A stretch of 64,000 bases of DNA from Dehalococcoidia bacterium (GTDB taxonomy: Bacteria; Chloroflexota; Dehalococcoidia; Lucifugimonadales; UBA3495), in the NCBI GenBank assembly GCA_965232845.1, contig OZ247428.1, forward strand, positions 897,511 to 961,510, in the 5' to 3' direction. This document shows, piece after piece, positions 17,056-26,872 of the stretch. Positions within the stretch are counted from its first letter, which is position 1; every line of letters starts with the position of its first letter. A program made the translations under genes and the position numbers. The notes under the pieces were generated by a model, which saw only the letters and a list, made by a program, of their open reading frames with translations, was not told where the DNA came from and ran no database searches.

Positions 17056-18462
17056 TTAAGCGAGTTGGTACTCCCGGGTCGCCACTATGAGTTGAAGCAT
17101 TTCGGCAACGCGAGACTCAGCGCAACTCTCTGCTCCCCTTCCTGAAAGCTCGATCATTCCTTCCCGCCGAGCGTGGTTTACCAGGCTTTCCCGCGTGGAG
17201 TCGGCTACCTCAAACTGGCCGACAGCATCCAGGCAGGCGTCAACAAAGTCTTCCGGTGGGAGCGATTCGCCTTTAGACCTGATTCTATGTAGCGCCGCCT
17301 GCACGCCCGGCCTGCCCACATCCCCCATTTCCAGGGCTGCCGAGTTCACCCTCTCCACGAGGTTGCCGGTGTCTATCCATTCGCGGCCCGTATGCCAACC
17401 CTCAACCGTAGGAGGATTCAGGATTTCCTGGCCCATGAAGCTGACGTCCAGCGCCAAATTCACAATGCCCCACTCCGGAAACTGGTAACTTCCTGCCAGC
17501 CGCGCCGTGCCGGCTACCAGTTCGGTAGGACTCTTGACCTTGGCCAGCCGTGCTTCATCACCACGGAAAAAGTCGGACGTAAACAACGAGCGCATGACCT
17601 CCCGGATATTCCCCTTGGACTCAACAAACTTGTCTGCCAGGTATTGAATAGAGTCCTCACGAGGTGTGTCCGAGACGAAATACCCGTAAAGCTTGGATGC
17701 CACGAACCAGGCGGTTGCCGGTTGTTCACATATAATGTCAATTACATCCTCGCCATTAAATGGCCCGGTCTGGCCCAGAAATGTCTTGGTGGTTTCATCG
17801 TGGTCTTCGGGCAGATATTGAAACTGCCAGTCCAGCCGGCCGTGGGGCCAAATAGAATCCCGGGAGGCCCTGATGCTCATATATTCGGCGTTAGCGATAG
17901 TCCAGCCGGTAAAGGCCCGCGCGCAAGCCTTAACGTCGCCCTCGGTGTAGTTGCCGATCCCCATGGAAAAGAGCTCCAGCAGCTCTCGCCCGTAATTCTC
18001 GTTAGGCGCATCCTTGTGATTGTCCTTGTTGTCCAGCCAGAAAATCATGGCCGGGTCGCGGGAAAGTTCCAGCAGGAGGGTGCGAAAATCCCCAAGTCCG
18101 CAGCGTCGAAAGGTATTGGTCTGGTCTACCACTGCCTTGGCATGGTTCAGCTTTCCATAGGCAGTGGCAAACAGGCTGTGCCAAAACAAGGCCATCTTTT
18201 CTTCCAGAGGACGCTGGGTGTTGATTATGCGATACAGCCAGTAGGCCTGGGAGCTTTCAATCAACATGAGGCTGTTTTGGTCAATATGGTAACGGCGCAG
18301 GACGTCCTCATCTATTACTGGCGCCCGCTCGGGGTGTAGCAATTGCTCGACTGCGGCTTCGTATCCCTGGGCCACGTATTCATCGAGCTCATCCCTGGTG
18401 GCGCCAAACCCGGCGCGACGGAAGAGGTGGGCCATTAATGCCAGTTCGCTATTTGCCATCAC
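17056..18462 (-). CDS. DUF1800-family protein
   Basis: 468 aa. LFRRAGFGAT...MALFWHSLFAT...NENYGRELLELFSMGIGNYTEGDVKACARAFTGW matches the hallmark DUF1800 segments as I remember them. Confidence 0.7.
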   Translation of the reverse strand: MMANSELALMAHLFRRAGFGATRDELDEYVAQGYEAAVEQLLHPERAPVIDEDVLRRYHIDQNSLMLIESSQAYWLYRIINTQRPLEEKMALFWHSLFATAYGKLNHAKAVVDQTNTFRRCGLGDFRTLLLELSRDPAMIFWLDNKDNHKDAPNENYGRELLELFSMGIGNYTEGDVKACARAFTGWTIANAEYMSIRASRDSIWPHGRLDWQFQYLPEDHDETTKTFLGQTGPFNGEDVIDIICEQPATAWFVASKLYGYFVSDTPREDSIQYLADKFVESKGNIREVMRSLFTSDFFRGDEARLAKVKSPTELVAGTARLAGSYQFPEWGIVNLALDVSFMGQEILNPPTVEGWHTGREWIDTGNLVERVNSAALEMGDVGRPGVQAALHRIRSKGESLPPEDFVDACLDAVGQFEVADSTRESLVNHARREGMIELSGRGAESCAESRVAEMLQLIVATREYQLA

Positions 18463-18633
18463 TTGTTCTCCAAGGATAGATAAGTAGGGCTGTTGTTTTT
18501 TTCGAGCTCGGGGTTTCTACAGACTTTGGGTAAAGTGAAGAAATCTGCCCACCACTGTGAGAAGTATAGCACCAGCCGCTAGTTAGCGGCTGGCGTACCC
18601 TCAAGGAGAGATGTGGTCCTATGAGAAAGAATG

Positions 18634-20010
18634 CTATTCCTCTCTACTCTTGAAATCTGGCACATATCCCGCGATCCAGCCCAGCTCTTCCTGGCGAGAC
18701 AGTGGCACTACGTTTGGAGACCCCGCAGGAGCAAGTTGTTGTCCGATTATCTCAGCCTTGGTTAAACTTCCAATCTCGCCAGCAGAAAACCCCAACAGTT
18801 CTTGTAAGATTTCGCTGTTGTCTCTTCCCAGTTCCGGAGCCGGACCCTGCACCCTGGGTTTGGCCCCGGTTAGCCGCCAGCCTCTTCCAAGGTATTCCCT
18901 GCTGCCCAACCCCGAAGTTGGCGGGTGTTCCGCCTTCTCAAAGAAGCCCCTCTGCCGCAGATGTTGGTCCGCCAATAATTGTCCAGCATCCAGCACGGGT
19001 GCTGCTGGCACTCCTGCAGAAGTTAGCCTCCGCACTGCCTCACTCTGTTCCAACCCTCGTGACCATTCTTCTACCAGGGAATCCAATGCGTCCTGATTCC
19101 CCTGACGCACTATTGGGTCTGTAAAGCGGGGGTCGGCGGCCAATTCTGGCTGACCTGTGGCCTGGCAGAATGCGCCCCAGTCCTGTTCATCACGCACCGC
19201 CAGCGTAATCCACCGATCATGGCCCAGGCAGGGATAGCAGCCGTGGGGTGACATGCTTTCGTGCCGATTACCCATGCGCCGGGTACGGCGGCCGTTGAAG
19301 GCGAAGTCCAGGAGGCCCTCGCTGAAAAAAGAAACTCCGGTCTGGTACATCGCCAGATCGATCCACACGCCTTCTCCGGTCTGGGCGCGCCGGATGAGTG
19401 CTGCCAGGATCGCCAATTGGGCCGACCAGCAGGCCAGGAAATCAGTGTAAGAATTTCCTATCTTGTTGGGCGTCGAGCTAGAGCCCAAGTTACTTTCGGT
19501 ATTTGGGTCGAGATAACCCATGAAGGCTCCGGAGGAGTGGGTCGGTTCCAGTGCCGAAGCCATTGCCCCGAAATCGCTCCAAGGGCCACTATGGCCGTAG
19601 CCCGTGTTTGACACCAGGATCAGATCCGGTTTGACGGCCCTCAGGTTGTAATAGTCCAGCCCAAATCGGCGCGTAACCCTCGGCGTGAAATTCTCGAGGA
19701 CTACGTCGCTGATGCCAATAAGGTCAAGCAGAATTTCCATCCCTCGCTCCGAACGCAGGTCGAGGGTCAGGCTGCGTTTGCCGCGGTTCAGGGTCTGGAA
19801 GGTTCCCGCCCGGTTCCAGTATTCAAGGCCCGGTTCGTTTTCGGGGTATGGACCGGTCAGGGTGCGAGTGGTGTCCACGAAGGCGGCGTGGTGGGTGTCT
19901 ATCTTAATAACGTCCGCGCCCAGGTCAGCCAGGTGCGCCCCAACGTAGGGCATGGCAAATACCCGGCTGAGGTCTACCACCCTGATTCCTGCCAATGGTA
20001 AGTCGCTCAA
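18634..20010 (-). CDS. Family III (CaiB/BaiF) CoA-transferase
   Basis: 458 aa. N-terminal LAGIRVVDLSRVFAMPYVGAHLADLGADVIKID and NFTPRVTRRFGLDY motifs. Confidence 0.85.
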   Translation of the reverse strand: MSDLPLAGIRVVDLSRVFAMPYVGAHLADLGADVIKIDTHHAAFVDTTRTLTGPYPENEPGLEYWNRAGTFQTLNRGKRSLTLDLRSERGMEILLDLIGISDVVLENFTPRVTRRFGLDYYNLRAVKPDLILVSNTGYGHSGPWSDFGAMASALEPTHSSGAFMGYLDPNTESNLGSSSTPNKIGNSYTDFLACWSAQLAILAALIRRAQTGEGVWIDLAMYQTGVSFFSEGLLDFAFNGRRTRRMGNRHESMSPHGCYPCLGHDRWITLAVRDEQDWGAFCQATGQPELAADPRFTDPIVRQGNQDALDSLVEEWSRGLEQSEAVRRLTSAGVPAAPVLDAGQLLADQHLRQRGFFEKAEHPPTSGLGSREYLGRGWRLTGAKPRVQGPAPELGRDNSEILQELLGFSAGEIGSLTKAEIIGQQLAPAGSPNVVPLSRQEELGWIAGYVPDFKSREE

Positions 20011-20127
20011 GCTCCGATCCTAAAAGGAGAATTGACCCAAGTAGCCTGTGGGTTCAAATTTGGATTGCCTCTTGGCTGCAGGGCCAGGAAACCCGTCTAC
20101 CAGTTGTCCTGGGCAAAATTTCCTGCA

Positions 20128-21318
20128 TCAGACAATGCCGTTAGACCTTAAGTAGACCAAATCTGCCTTACTGAGGCCAAAACGGTTGCAAAAGACTTCC
20201 CGATTGTGCTGGCCCAGGAGGGGTGCGGGGCTGGTAATTTCTCGCGTCCCCGACGATAGACGGGGCCCCAAACCGGGATACAAAGCCCCGCCCGCTTCAG
20301 GATGGTCAACTTCGATGAAGAAATCTCTTGCCTCCAAATGGGGGCAATCGTAAATGTCACCGGCATCCTGCGCCATACCAAAGACCAACCGACGCTCTCC
20401 GGAGGCTTCGAACAGAGGTTTCCTGTCCCAGTTGGCCAGGCCTTTGACCAAAAGTTGCTTCAACTCTTCACCGTGTTCAATACGTCCCGATCCGCTGGAA
20501 AATTTTCCGTCTTTGAGACCTTCCAAGCCGATCAGGTCTGCGACAACCGACCATGGCTGGGAGCCCTGCACTGAAGGGACCACGTAACCGTCTCGGGCAG
20601 GCATAAGCTCCTCAAAGCCTGAGCCCCTTACCGGCCGACGTCCCTTGATTGCGCCCATGTAGTTGAAATAGGGCACTGCCTGCACCATGTGGGTTGCCAG
20701 GCATTCCATGGCACTGACTTCGACCTGTTGGCCCTTTCCCGTCGTCAATCGCTGAAAGAGAGCGGCCGTTGCTGCCGTGGCGGCGTTTACTCCTGCCACG
20801 TACCAGGACTGGTCCAGGGCGTTTCGCAGTGGCTCTCGGTCAGAGTCGCCGGAGTGGTACATATGGCCGCTGTAGGCAAAGGTTACAATGTCGGTTGCCG
20901 GGTAATCGCGGTATGGTCCGCTGAGCCCGAAGGGGGTGATGGACACCGCAATTAACGCAGGGTCGATCGCTGAAAGGGCAGGATAGTCCAGGCCAAGGGC
21001 CAAAGACGTGGCGGGCGCAAAGTTCTCGACCACGATGTCAGCCCTGGCAAGCAAACGATTGAGAATGGCTCGCCCAGTACAACTGGAAATGTCGAGAGTG
21101 ACGCCCAACTTGCCGGCGTTCAGGTAGAGATACGGCAGGCTCTTCTCAGGATGTGGGTCATCACCGCCAAAGGGACCCTTGCGGCGGGTTGCTTCTCCGG
21201 TCCCGGGAGGCTCAACCTTGATAACTTCCGCACCGTATTGAGCAAGCAGTTTCCCGCAAAAGGGAGCGGAGGTGTCTCCGCCCAACTCCAAAACCCGTAC
21301 CCCCGATAGCAGTTCCAT
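20128..21318 (-). CDS. Family III (CaiB/BaiF) CoA-transferase, second paralogue
   Basis: LSGVRVLELGGDTSAPFCGKLLAQYGAEVIKVEPPG...ENFAPATSLALGLDY. The ATG at 21318 lies 2 nt after the stop of the upstream MaoC gene (the track ORF starts at 21342). Confidence 0.85.
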   Translation of the reverse strand: MELLSGVRVLELGGDTSAPFCGKLLAQYGAEVIKVEPPGTGEATRRKGPFGGDDPHPEKSLPYLYLNAGKLGVTLDISSCTGRAILNRLLARADIVVENFAPATSLALGLDYPALSAIDPALIAVSITPFGLSGPYRDYPATDIVTFAYSGHMYHSGDSDREPLRNALDQSWYVAGVNAATAATAALFQRLTTGKGQQVEVSAMECLATHMVQAVPYFNYMGAIKGRRPVRGSGFEELMPARDGYVVPSVQGSQPWSVVADLIGLEGLKDGKFSSGSGRIEHGEELKQLLVKGLANWDRKPLFEASGERRLVFGMAQDAGDIYDCPHLEARDFFIEVDHPEAGGALYPGLGPRLSSGTREITSPAPLLGQHNREVFCNRFGLSKADLVYLRSNGIV

Positions 21319-21320
21319 TG

Positions 21321-22415
21321 CTACCAGGCTTCCTCTTCCCAAATCAGGGGAAGGGATTGGCCTCGCTTGGGCAGAATTATAGTCGCTTGTCCGGCGGCAG
21401 TCTGATTACCTCGGCTGTTGTTCAGTTCCACAGTACAGTCCACTAACCCGAAGCCGTCAACTTCTCTCTTATCTGTAACAACACCCGACGCAGTCAAAAC
21501 ATCTCCCGGAAAATCCATTCCCCGGTGTTGCACAGAGAAGCGCTTGAACCACCCTTCTTCGCCTGCAAAGTCAATCATAAGTTGTCCCAGGTACTGGTTC
21601 TTCAATGAACCGTTGACAACGACGTTGGCCAAACCTTGCTCCAGTTGGGCGAAAGGAAGGTCCCAGTGAATGCGAGCGTAGTTGCCGTTTGCAGCAGCCC
21701 AGCGTACCAGGTGAGCAGTAGTCATGGGCCCTTTGGTTACGGGTGGCAGAACGTCACCAACCGAAACGTCCTCGGAGTACCGCTGGCCCATGGAAACGGG
21801 TGAAGGCTTGGGCAGAATCGTGTCTGCTCCGGGTGGGGCAACCGGTACAGTCTGCAACTGGGGCGCGTCCCCTTGTTTCTCTGTATCAACCCCTGCCTGC
21901 TCTGGAAGACTGCGGTGGATGCTGACTCGCTTGGCGAGGCTAATGACCTGTCCCAGTTGGTTGGTCTGGGTTTCCAGCCTAACAACGAAGACCAGCATCC
22001 CTGACCGACCTTGTTTCTCGAATATATCCAGGATCTTGAATTGGCGGGCAATCCAGTTGCCGGCGTAAGCGGGCCTAAGGAATTGCCAGTCGCTGCCCCC
22101 ATTAAGGCCGTAACTGTTAAATGGCAGCGGAACTTGAAAATGGGATTCCTGGCCCGCACCAAAGTAACCGATTGGGGGACCGATGTCCTTCCATGTTGCC
22201 AGGGGAGGGCACAGGATTCCGGCAAACCGAGACTTGCTGGCGTACTCGGAATCCTGATACAAAGGATTGGCATCCTCTATGGCATCGGCCACGTCGAAAG
22301 CCATTTCCTCGCTGATCGGAAACCGGTTCCGCTCGGGTTCGGTCTCCGTGCCGATAAGGGCACGGACTTCGTCGGTTATCAGTGTCTCGGGCATCGGGGC
22401 ACTCTCCTGAATCAC
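21321..22415 (-). CDS. Double hot-dog MaoC-like (R)-hydratase/dehydratase family protein
   Basis: 364 aa. The N-terminal half resembles the FAS1-like/MaoC N-terminal hot-dog (ITDEVRALIG...). The C-terminal half has NYARIHWDLPFAQLEQGLANVVVNGSL, the MaoC dehydratase pattern. Confidence 0.7.
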   Translation of the reverse strand: MIQESAPMPETLITDEVRALIGTETEPERNRFPISEEMAFDVADAIEDANPLYQDSEYASKSRFAGILCPPLATWKDIGPPIGYFGAGQESHFQVPLPFNSYGLNGGSDWQFLRPAYAGNWIARQFKILDIFEKQGRSGMLVFVVRLETQTNQLGQVISLAKRVSIHRSLPEQAGVDTEKQGDAPQLQTVPVAPPGADTILPKPSPVSMGQRYSEDVSVGDVLPPVTKGPMTTAHLVRWAAANGNYARIHWDLPFAQLEQGLANVVVNGSLKNQYLGQLMIDFAGEEGWFKRFSVQHRGMDFPGDVLTASGVVTDKREVDGFGLVDCTVELNNSRGNQTAAGQATIILPKRGQSLPLIWEEEAW

Positions 22416-22440
22416 CTTTCAAAGAGGTTTGAACAGGTCC

Positions 22441-24117
22441 CTATTCTACCCAGGCGCGAGGTGCTATGCCTTCAATGTCGGTTACAACGTCAACGACGGA
22501 AGGCTTGTTGGATGCTGCCGCCTCTTTCATTGCATCTTGCAGGTCTTCGGGACGCTCCACTCGAATACCGAACCCACCCATGTCCTCGGCAAGCTTGGCA
22601 AAGTCGGTGTCCGGGAATACCCAAAGTTCGTCCACGTTGCCCGTCACGCCAACACTCTCGTAGGCCCGCTCGTTGCCCCGCTTTTCCTGGTTCAAGGAGT
22701 GGTTATTGTTGATGACGGTTACTGTGTTGATGCCGTATCGGACGGCGGTTTCCATCTCGCTGAGGTGGTACCAGAATCCTCCGTCTCCGGTGAAACAGAC
22801 CACAGGTCGGTCGGGGACTGCACACTTGGCCCCCAAAGCTGCGGGGAAGGCCCAGCCCAGGGAGCCGGCGCAACGGAGAAAGGTCTGGGTCGGTTTGAAC
22901 AGGTCAATCATCGTACCGGTCCAAATTCCGGAATGGCCGGTGTCTGAGAGAAGCACGGCATCCTCCGGAAGGAAATCAGTAATTTCCTTGCAGAGCCGTT
23001 CGGGGCGCATTGGTGAAGCGTCGGAATTGGCCAACGGCGCCACTTCTGCCCGCCACTCCTGGACCAGTTTCTGGGCGCGCCCGACCCATTCGGCGCGACC
23101 CCCCAGCGGTTCCAGGTGCTCTATCAACTTGCGGAGTGATGCCTTGGCATCGCCCTGCAACCCGACCTGGATGGGGTAGCTGCGACCCAATTCCCCGGGG
23201 TCTATGTCCAGTTGAATTACCGGGGTGCCGGACCGGGGAATCTGCCATTCCGTCGTCACTTGGCTCCCGGTGTGGCTTCCAATGAAGAACACCAGGTCGG
23301 CTTCGGAAACCACCCGGTTGGCGCACCAGCGGGAGTAGGTGCCGCAGACACCTACTGACAGAGGGTGGTCATCAGGAATGGTTCCCTTGGCGTTCAGAGA
23401 AGTGGCTACGGGAATTGACAGCATCTCAGCCAGTTCCACGACCTCGGCCTGGGCGCCCGAAGACGTCACGCCGCCGCCCGCCACGATAACGGGACGGCGG
23501 GCCCCGGTAAGAGCCCTGGCAGCATCCCTTACCATTTCAGTTTCCGGCTCGCCCCGGAATGGCGGTACGTGGGTAAAAGGGGCCTCCACTACAACCTCCA
23601 CGTCCGCTTCCACGTCCATTATCAATGCCCCCGTAGACCCCTGAAGGTCCAGGTGTGTCGGGCCGGGAGCGCCGGAAGTTGCTTCGCGGAAGGCCTGCCG
23701 CAACATTCTGGGAAGCTCTTCCGGGCTGTCCACCAAGGCATTGAACTTGGTAACCGCGTTGAAGGGCTGAACGTGGTCCACTTCCTGGTAATAATTGCGA
23801 TTTTGCTGAGTGGGCGCCCCTCTGCCGGTCAGCGCTACCACTGGAGAGCCGCCCAGGAAAGGGTCCTGCAAGCCAGCGGCGAGGTTTGCCGCCCCAACGT
23901 TCTGGGCCATACACACTGCCGGCCGCCTGGCAGCACGGGCATACCCATCGGCCATGTAGGCCGCCGCCTTTTCGCTGTGGGCCATTATCCGTGCTATTCC
24001 CACTTGTTCCATTTCCACCAGAGCGCGAGTTACGATCATCGGCATATAAAATGCGTGAGTTACTCCGTAAGCCCTCATGGTTTCTACGAGGAATCGAGCG
24101 CCGGTCATTCTTGGCAT
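22441..24117 (-). CDS. Thiamine-diphosphate-dependent enzyme (acetolactate synthase / 2-hydroxyacyl-CoA lyase superfamily)
   Basis: 558 aa. Pyr domain with catalytic Glu (AHSEKAAAYMADGYARA) and PP domain GDGGFWYHLSEMETAVRYGINTVTVINNN (GDG-x24-NN ThDP/Mg motif). Confidence 0.85.
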   Translation of the reverse strand: MPRMTGARFLVETMRAYGVTHAFYMPMIVTRALVEMEQVGIARIMAHSEKAAAYMADGYARAARRPAVCMAQNVGAANLAAGLQDPFLGGSPVVALTGRGAPTQQNRNYYQEVDHVQPFNAVTKFNALVDSPEELPRMLRQAFREATSGAPGPTHLDLQGSTGALIMDVEADVEVVVEAPFTHVPPFRGEPETEMVRDAARALTGARRPVIVAGGGVTSSGAQAEVVELAEMLSIPVATSLNAKGTIPDDHPLSVGVCGTYSRWCANRVVSEADLVFFIGSHTGSQVTTEWQIPRSGTPVIQLDIDPGELGRSYPIQVGLQGDAKASLRKLIEHLEPLGGRAEWVGRAQKLVQEWRAEVAPLANSDASPMRPERLCKEITDFLPEDAVLLSDTGHSGIWTGTMIDLFKPTQTFLRCAGSLGWAFPAALGAKCAVPDRPVVCFTGDGGFWYHLSEMETAVRYGINTVTVINNNHSLNQEKRGNERAYESVGVTGNVDELWVFPDTDFAKLAEDMGGFGIRVERPEDLQDAMKEAAASNKPSVVDVVTDIEGIAPRAWVE

Positions 24118-24419
24118 GGCTGAACCTCTCTTCTATGCTTGGGTTCGCTACTCTGTCGGATAATAACGTTAGCTTCAGTAGCTGGCAAGGGGTATGCCGG
24201 GTCTCTTCTCTGTCCCCTTCGGTTGATGGGTGAGTCCTCCGATGAAGTTCACAGCAGGCCAAATCTCGCGAGCGAGTTGGGTTCACAATAGGTGTTTCCG
24301 GCTCCGATAATTCACAAGAATTTTCCAGCCAGGCCAGGGAGCAGGCTACACAATCTAACCTCGAAGGGGTATAGTTAGCCAAACCAAAGGCATTTATTTC
24401 ATTCGTTGGAGGCGGCGAT

Positions 24420-25469
24420 ATGGCAGAAATCCTGGGTCTTGGGCTTACGCATTCCCCTTCACTGATTAAGCCCGACGAAGAAAAGGACTATTCCATCGCA
24501 AGGAGCTTGCGAAATCCCAACCTGCCACCGGAGCTAAAGATTCCCACCAACTGGCCTGAACCGATGCGCATTGAGTACGGCGAAGACGAAGGATTGGAAT
24601 CTGCCAAGAAGGCGCGGGCGCGGTTGGTCAATGGCTTTCGCAGGCTGAGAGAAGAGTTGGATGCGTTTAACCCCGACTTCGTCGTGATTTGGGGCGACGA
24701 TCAGTACGAGAATTTCAAAGAAGACATTATTCCCCCCTTCTGTGTGATGGCATACGACGAAATGGAGTGCCAGCCCTTCGCGACCCAGGATGGCGGCACA
24801 CGGCTCAATGTTTGGGACGAACCCGGAGATACCACTTTTAAGTATACCGGCCATCGGACTGCCGCCCGAGCCATGGTCCGTGGCATGATTGAGCAGGGCA
24901 TCGACATGTCCTACGCCTACAAGCCTCTGCACGAAAAGGGCGGACTGGGCCATGCCATTCTGAACACCCTTCTTTACCTGGACTATGACCGCAAGGGGTT
25001 TGACTATCCCGTGGTGCCCTTCCTTGTGAATTGCTACGGCAGTCGGGTAGTGCGCAACCGGGGCGGCGCCGTCCAATATGAGGAGGAGTTTGATCCCCCT
25101 GGTCCTTCACCCAAGCGCTGCATGGAAGTGGGCGCCGCGGTGGCACGAGCATTGAAAGAGAGCCCCTACCGCGTGGCGCTGATCGCATCTTCCAGTTGGT
25201 CTCACGCTTTCCTAACCGACAAGAATCACTGTCTCTATCCCGACGTACCCTCGGACCGGGCTCGATTCGAGGAACTGCGCGACGGTGATTACGAAGCTTG
25301 GAGCCGGCTCTCAACGGACCAAATTGAAGACGCCGGACAGCAGGAATTGCTGAACTGGATGTGTATCGCCGGGGCCATGCAGGAGCTGGACTATAAACCG
25401 GAGATTATCGATTACGTAGAAACGTACATCTTCAACTCCAACAAGTGCGTAGCCCTTTTCAAGCCTTAA
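24420..25469 (+). CDS. Class III extradiol ring-cleavage dioxygenase (LigB-family subunit B-like)
   Basis: 349 aa. MAEILGLGLTHSP..., DFVVIWGDDQYENF and ALIASSSWSHAFL resemble LigB/gallate-dioxygenase-type enzymes. GGAGG RBS. Confidence 0.7.
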   Translation: MAEILGLGLTHSPSLIKPDEEKDYSIARSLRNPNLPPELKIPTNWPEPMRIEYGEDEGLESAKKARARLVNGFRRLREELDAFNPDFVVIWGDDQYENFKEDIIPPFCVMAYDEMECQPFATQDGGTRLNVWDEPGDTTFKYTGHRTAARAMVRGMIEQGIDMSYAYKPLHEKGGLGHAILNTLLYLDYDRKGFDYPVVPFLVNCYGSRVVRNRGGAVQYEEEFDPPGPSPKRCMEVGAAVARALKESPYRVALIASSSWSHAFLTDKNHCLYPDVPSDRARFEELRDGDYEAWSRLSTDQIEDAGQQELLNWMCIAGAMQELDYKPEIIDYVETYIFNSNKCVALFKP

Positions 25470-25497
25470 CCGGCCGAGAGTTCATCTGGTAACTTGA

Positions 25498-25528
25498 GGG
25501 GCAGGTTTAGCGACCTGCCCCATTTCAA
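25498..25528 (+). terminator. Intrinsic terminator after the LigB-like gene
   Basis: GGGGCAGGT-ttagcg-ACCTGCCCC followed by ATTTCAATTT. Confidence 0.7.
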
Positions 25529-25552
25529 TTTCCTGGCAGAACTGGCAATAGA

Positions 25553-25578
25553 AAGGGCGGGCCCTAAAACCCGCCCCG
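25553..25578 (-). terminator. Intrinsic terminator after the gentisate dioxygenase gene
   Basis: On the minus strand: GGGGCGGG-ttttaggg-CCCGCCC followed by TTTC. Confidence 0.6.
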
Positions 25579-25610
25579 CTTACGCTGAATGTATCCCGAC
25601 CTGTTCCAGG

Positions 25611-26687
25611 CTATCCCTCAAAGACTGACTCTATCGGTTGGTGCCCGGCATTTTCCGCATAGGGCTCTTCCCGGTACAGGGACAGTGCTTTCATTACTGG
25701 AATGTCCTGGATCGAGAAGAGTATGGCCTCTTCGTCGGTGTCGTTGGCGTGCTCGTGCCAGGACCAGGAGGGCACTACCAGGAAATCGCCTTCACCCCAA
25801 TCAAAGCGCTGGCCGTTAATGACGCTATGTCCCTTTCCCTTGAAAACCTGGTACACCGCGCTGGTCGTGTGGCGGTGGGCCTTGGTGTTCACCCCAGGCC
25901 TGATCATTTGAATCCAGCAGGCCATTGTTCGCAAGACCGGGCCGCCGGTTGCCGGGTCCGAGAACTCCATAGCCACATCGTCAAAGGGGCTGCAATCAAT
26001 TTCTGCCAGGCTGTGCAACGCGGCGTGGCTTCGCTCCCACTTGTAGTGCCAGAGAGGGGAATACGGCGTGTTGCTGTCTTCCCACGCGGGACGCAGGGCG
26101 CCGGAAGCATATTTGCGTTCCGACTCGCCGACGCCAACTATTGGCTGCTGGTCTTCGGGAAACTGTTCGTAGAAAGTTGCTTCAAGATTGTTGACCAGGG
26201 GAGTGTCCAAGCCATCCAGCCAGATCATGGGCTCAGTGCCTTCGTTGTTGTGGTCGTGCCAGGTCCAGGAAGGTGTTAACACCAAGTCGCCGGGTTCCAT
26301 GTAGCACTTGTCGCCCTCCACCGTGGTATATGCGCCGGTGCCTTGCAGCACCCAGCGAATTGCGGTAGGAGTATGGCGGTGGGCCGGAGCGTTCTCCCCA
26401 GGCAGCAGCAACTGCAGGGCAGCTGAGATAGTGTGCGTGGTCCCATGGTCCAGGCCGGGATTGGCCAGGCGCAGGACCCGGCGTTCAACGTCGCGGTCGG
26501 GGGTTACTATGTCGCCACTGCGCAGAACCAACGGCTGTGCGTTGGACCAGCGCCAGGCAAAAGGCACTACCTGGGGCTTTCGCTCCAGCCTTCGCCCCAT
26601 CCAGGCAGCGCGCAGGCCGGCGGCTTCAGTTCCTTCGTAGAACTGGTTTTCCTCCTCAGGGCTGACTCTTCCCAGTAGTTGAGTCAT
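25611..26687 (-). CDS. Gentisate 1,2-dioxygenase (bicupin)
   Basis: 358 aa. GENAPAHRHTPTAIRWVLQGTGAYTTVEGDKCYMEPGDLVLTPSWTWHDH plus a second cupin KAHRHTTSAVYQVFKGKGHSVING...GDFLVVPSWSWHEH. Confidence 0.85.
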   Translation of the reverse strand: MTQLLGRVSPEEENQFYEGTEAAGLRAAWMGRRLERKPQVVPFAWRWSNAQPLVLRSGDIVTPDRDVERRVLRLANPGLDHGTTHTISAALQLLLPGENAPAHRHTPTAIRWVLQGTGAYTTVEGDKCYMEPGDLVLTPSWTWHDHNNEGTEPMIWLDGLDTPLVNNLEATFYEQFPEDQQPIVGVGESERKYASGALRPAWEDSNTPYSPLWHYKWERSHAALHSLAEIDCSPFDDVAMEFSDPATGGPVLRTMACWIQMIRPGVNTKAHRHTTSAVYQVFKGKGHSVINGQRFDWGEGDFLVVPSWSWHEHANDTDEEAILFSIQDIPVMKALSLYREEPYAENAGHQPIESVFEG

Positions 26688-26872
26688 GGCATTCCTCCAA
26701 CGTAATTGAGGCTAGCTATTGCGGCAAATTCTAAATCGGTGATGTCCGGGTGTCAATTGAAGGGTTGGTGTATATTCTTGTTGTCACTGGGGGTTGATGC
26801 CTACGGATTAGCGACTAACTTCGGAAGGAATACTAGAGAATTCAACCACAGATTTGTTTGAGAGGACACAGG

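Noticed and set aside
17392-18339. Long antisense or alternative-frame ORFs. Examples: 17392-18339 (+, 315 aa), 34849-35643 (-, 264 aa), 23537-24382 (-, 281 aa), 22011-22712 (+, 233 aa), 35860-36525 (-, 221 aa), 25638-26279 (+, 213 aa), 7896-8522 (+, 208 aa).
   Set aside because: Each fully overlaps a gene with clear family motifs on the other strand or frame. Their products are Arg/Pro/Gly/His-rich with no motifs. They are typical shadow ORFs of moderately GC-rich DNA.
22441-24117. Calling the ThDP enzyme oxalyl-CoA decarboxylase and the CoA-transferases formyl-CoA transferase (oxc/frc)
   Set aside because: Only superfamily-level motifs are visible, and by-eye comparison with remembered Oxc segments is poor. 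It is kept as a pathway hypothesis, not an annotation.
24248-24316. Three TTCACA(A) direct repeats in the divergent ThDP/LigB promoter region, considered as operator sites
   Set aside because: The spacing is irregular (34 and 29 nt), the hexamer is short, and no regulator gene is nearby. This is not distinguishable from chance.
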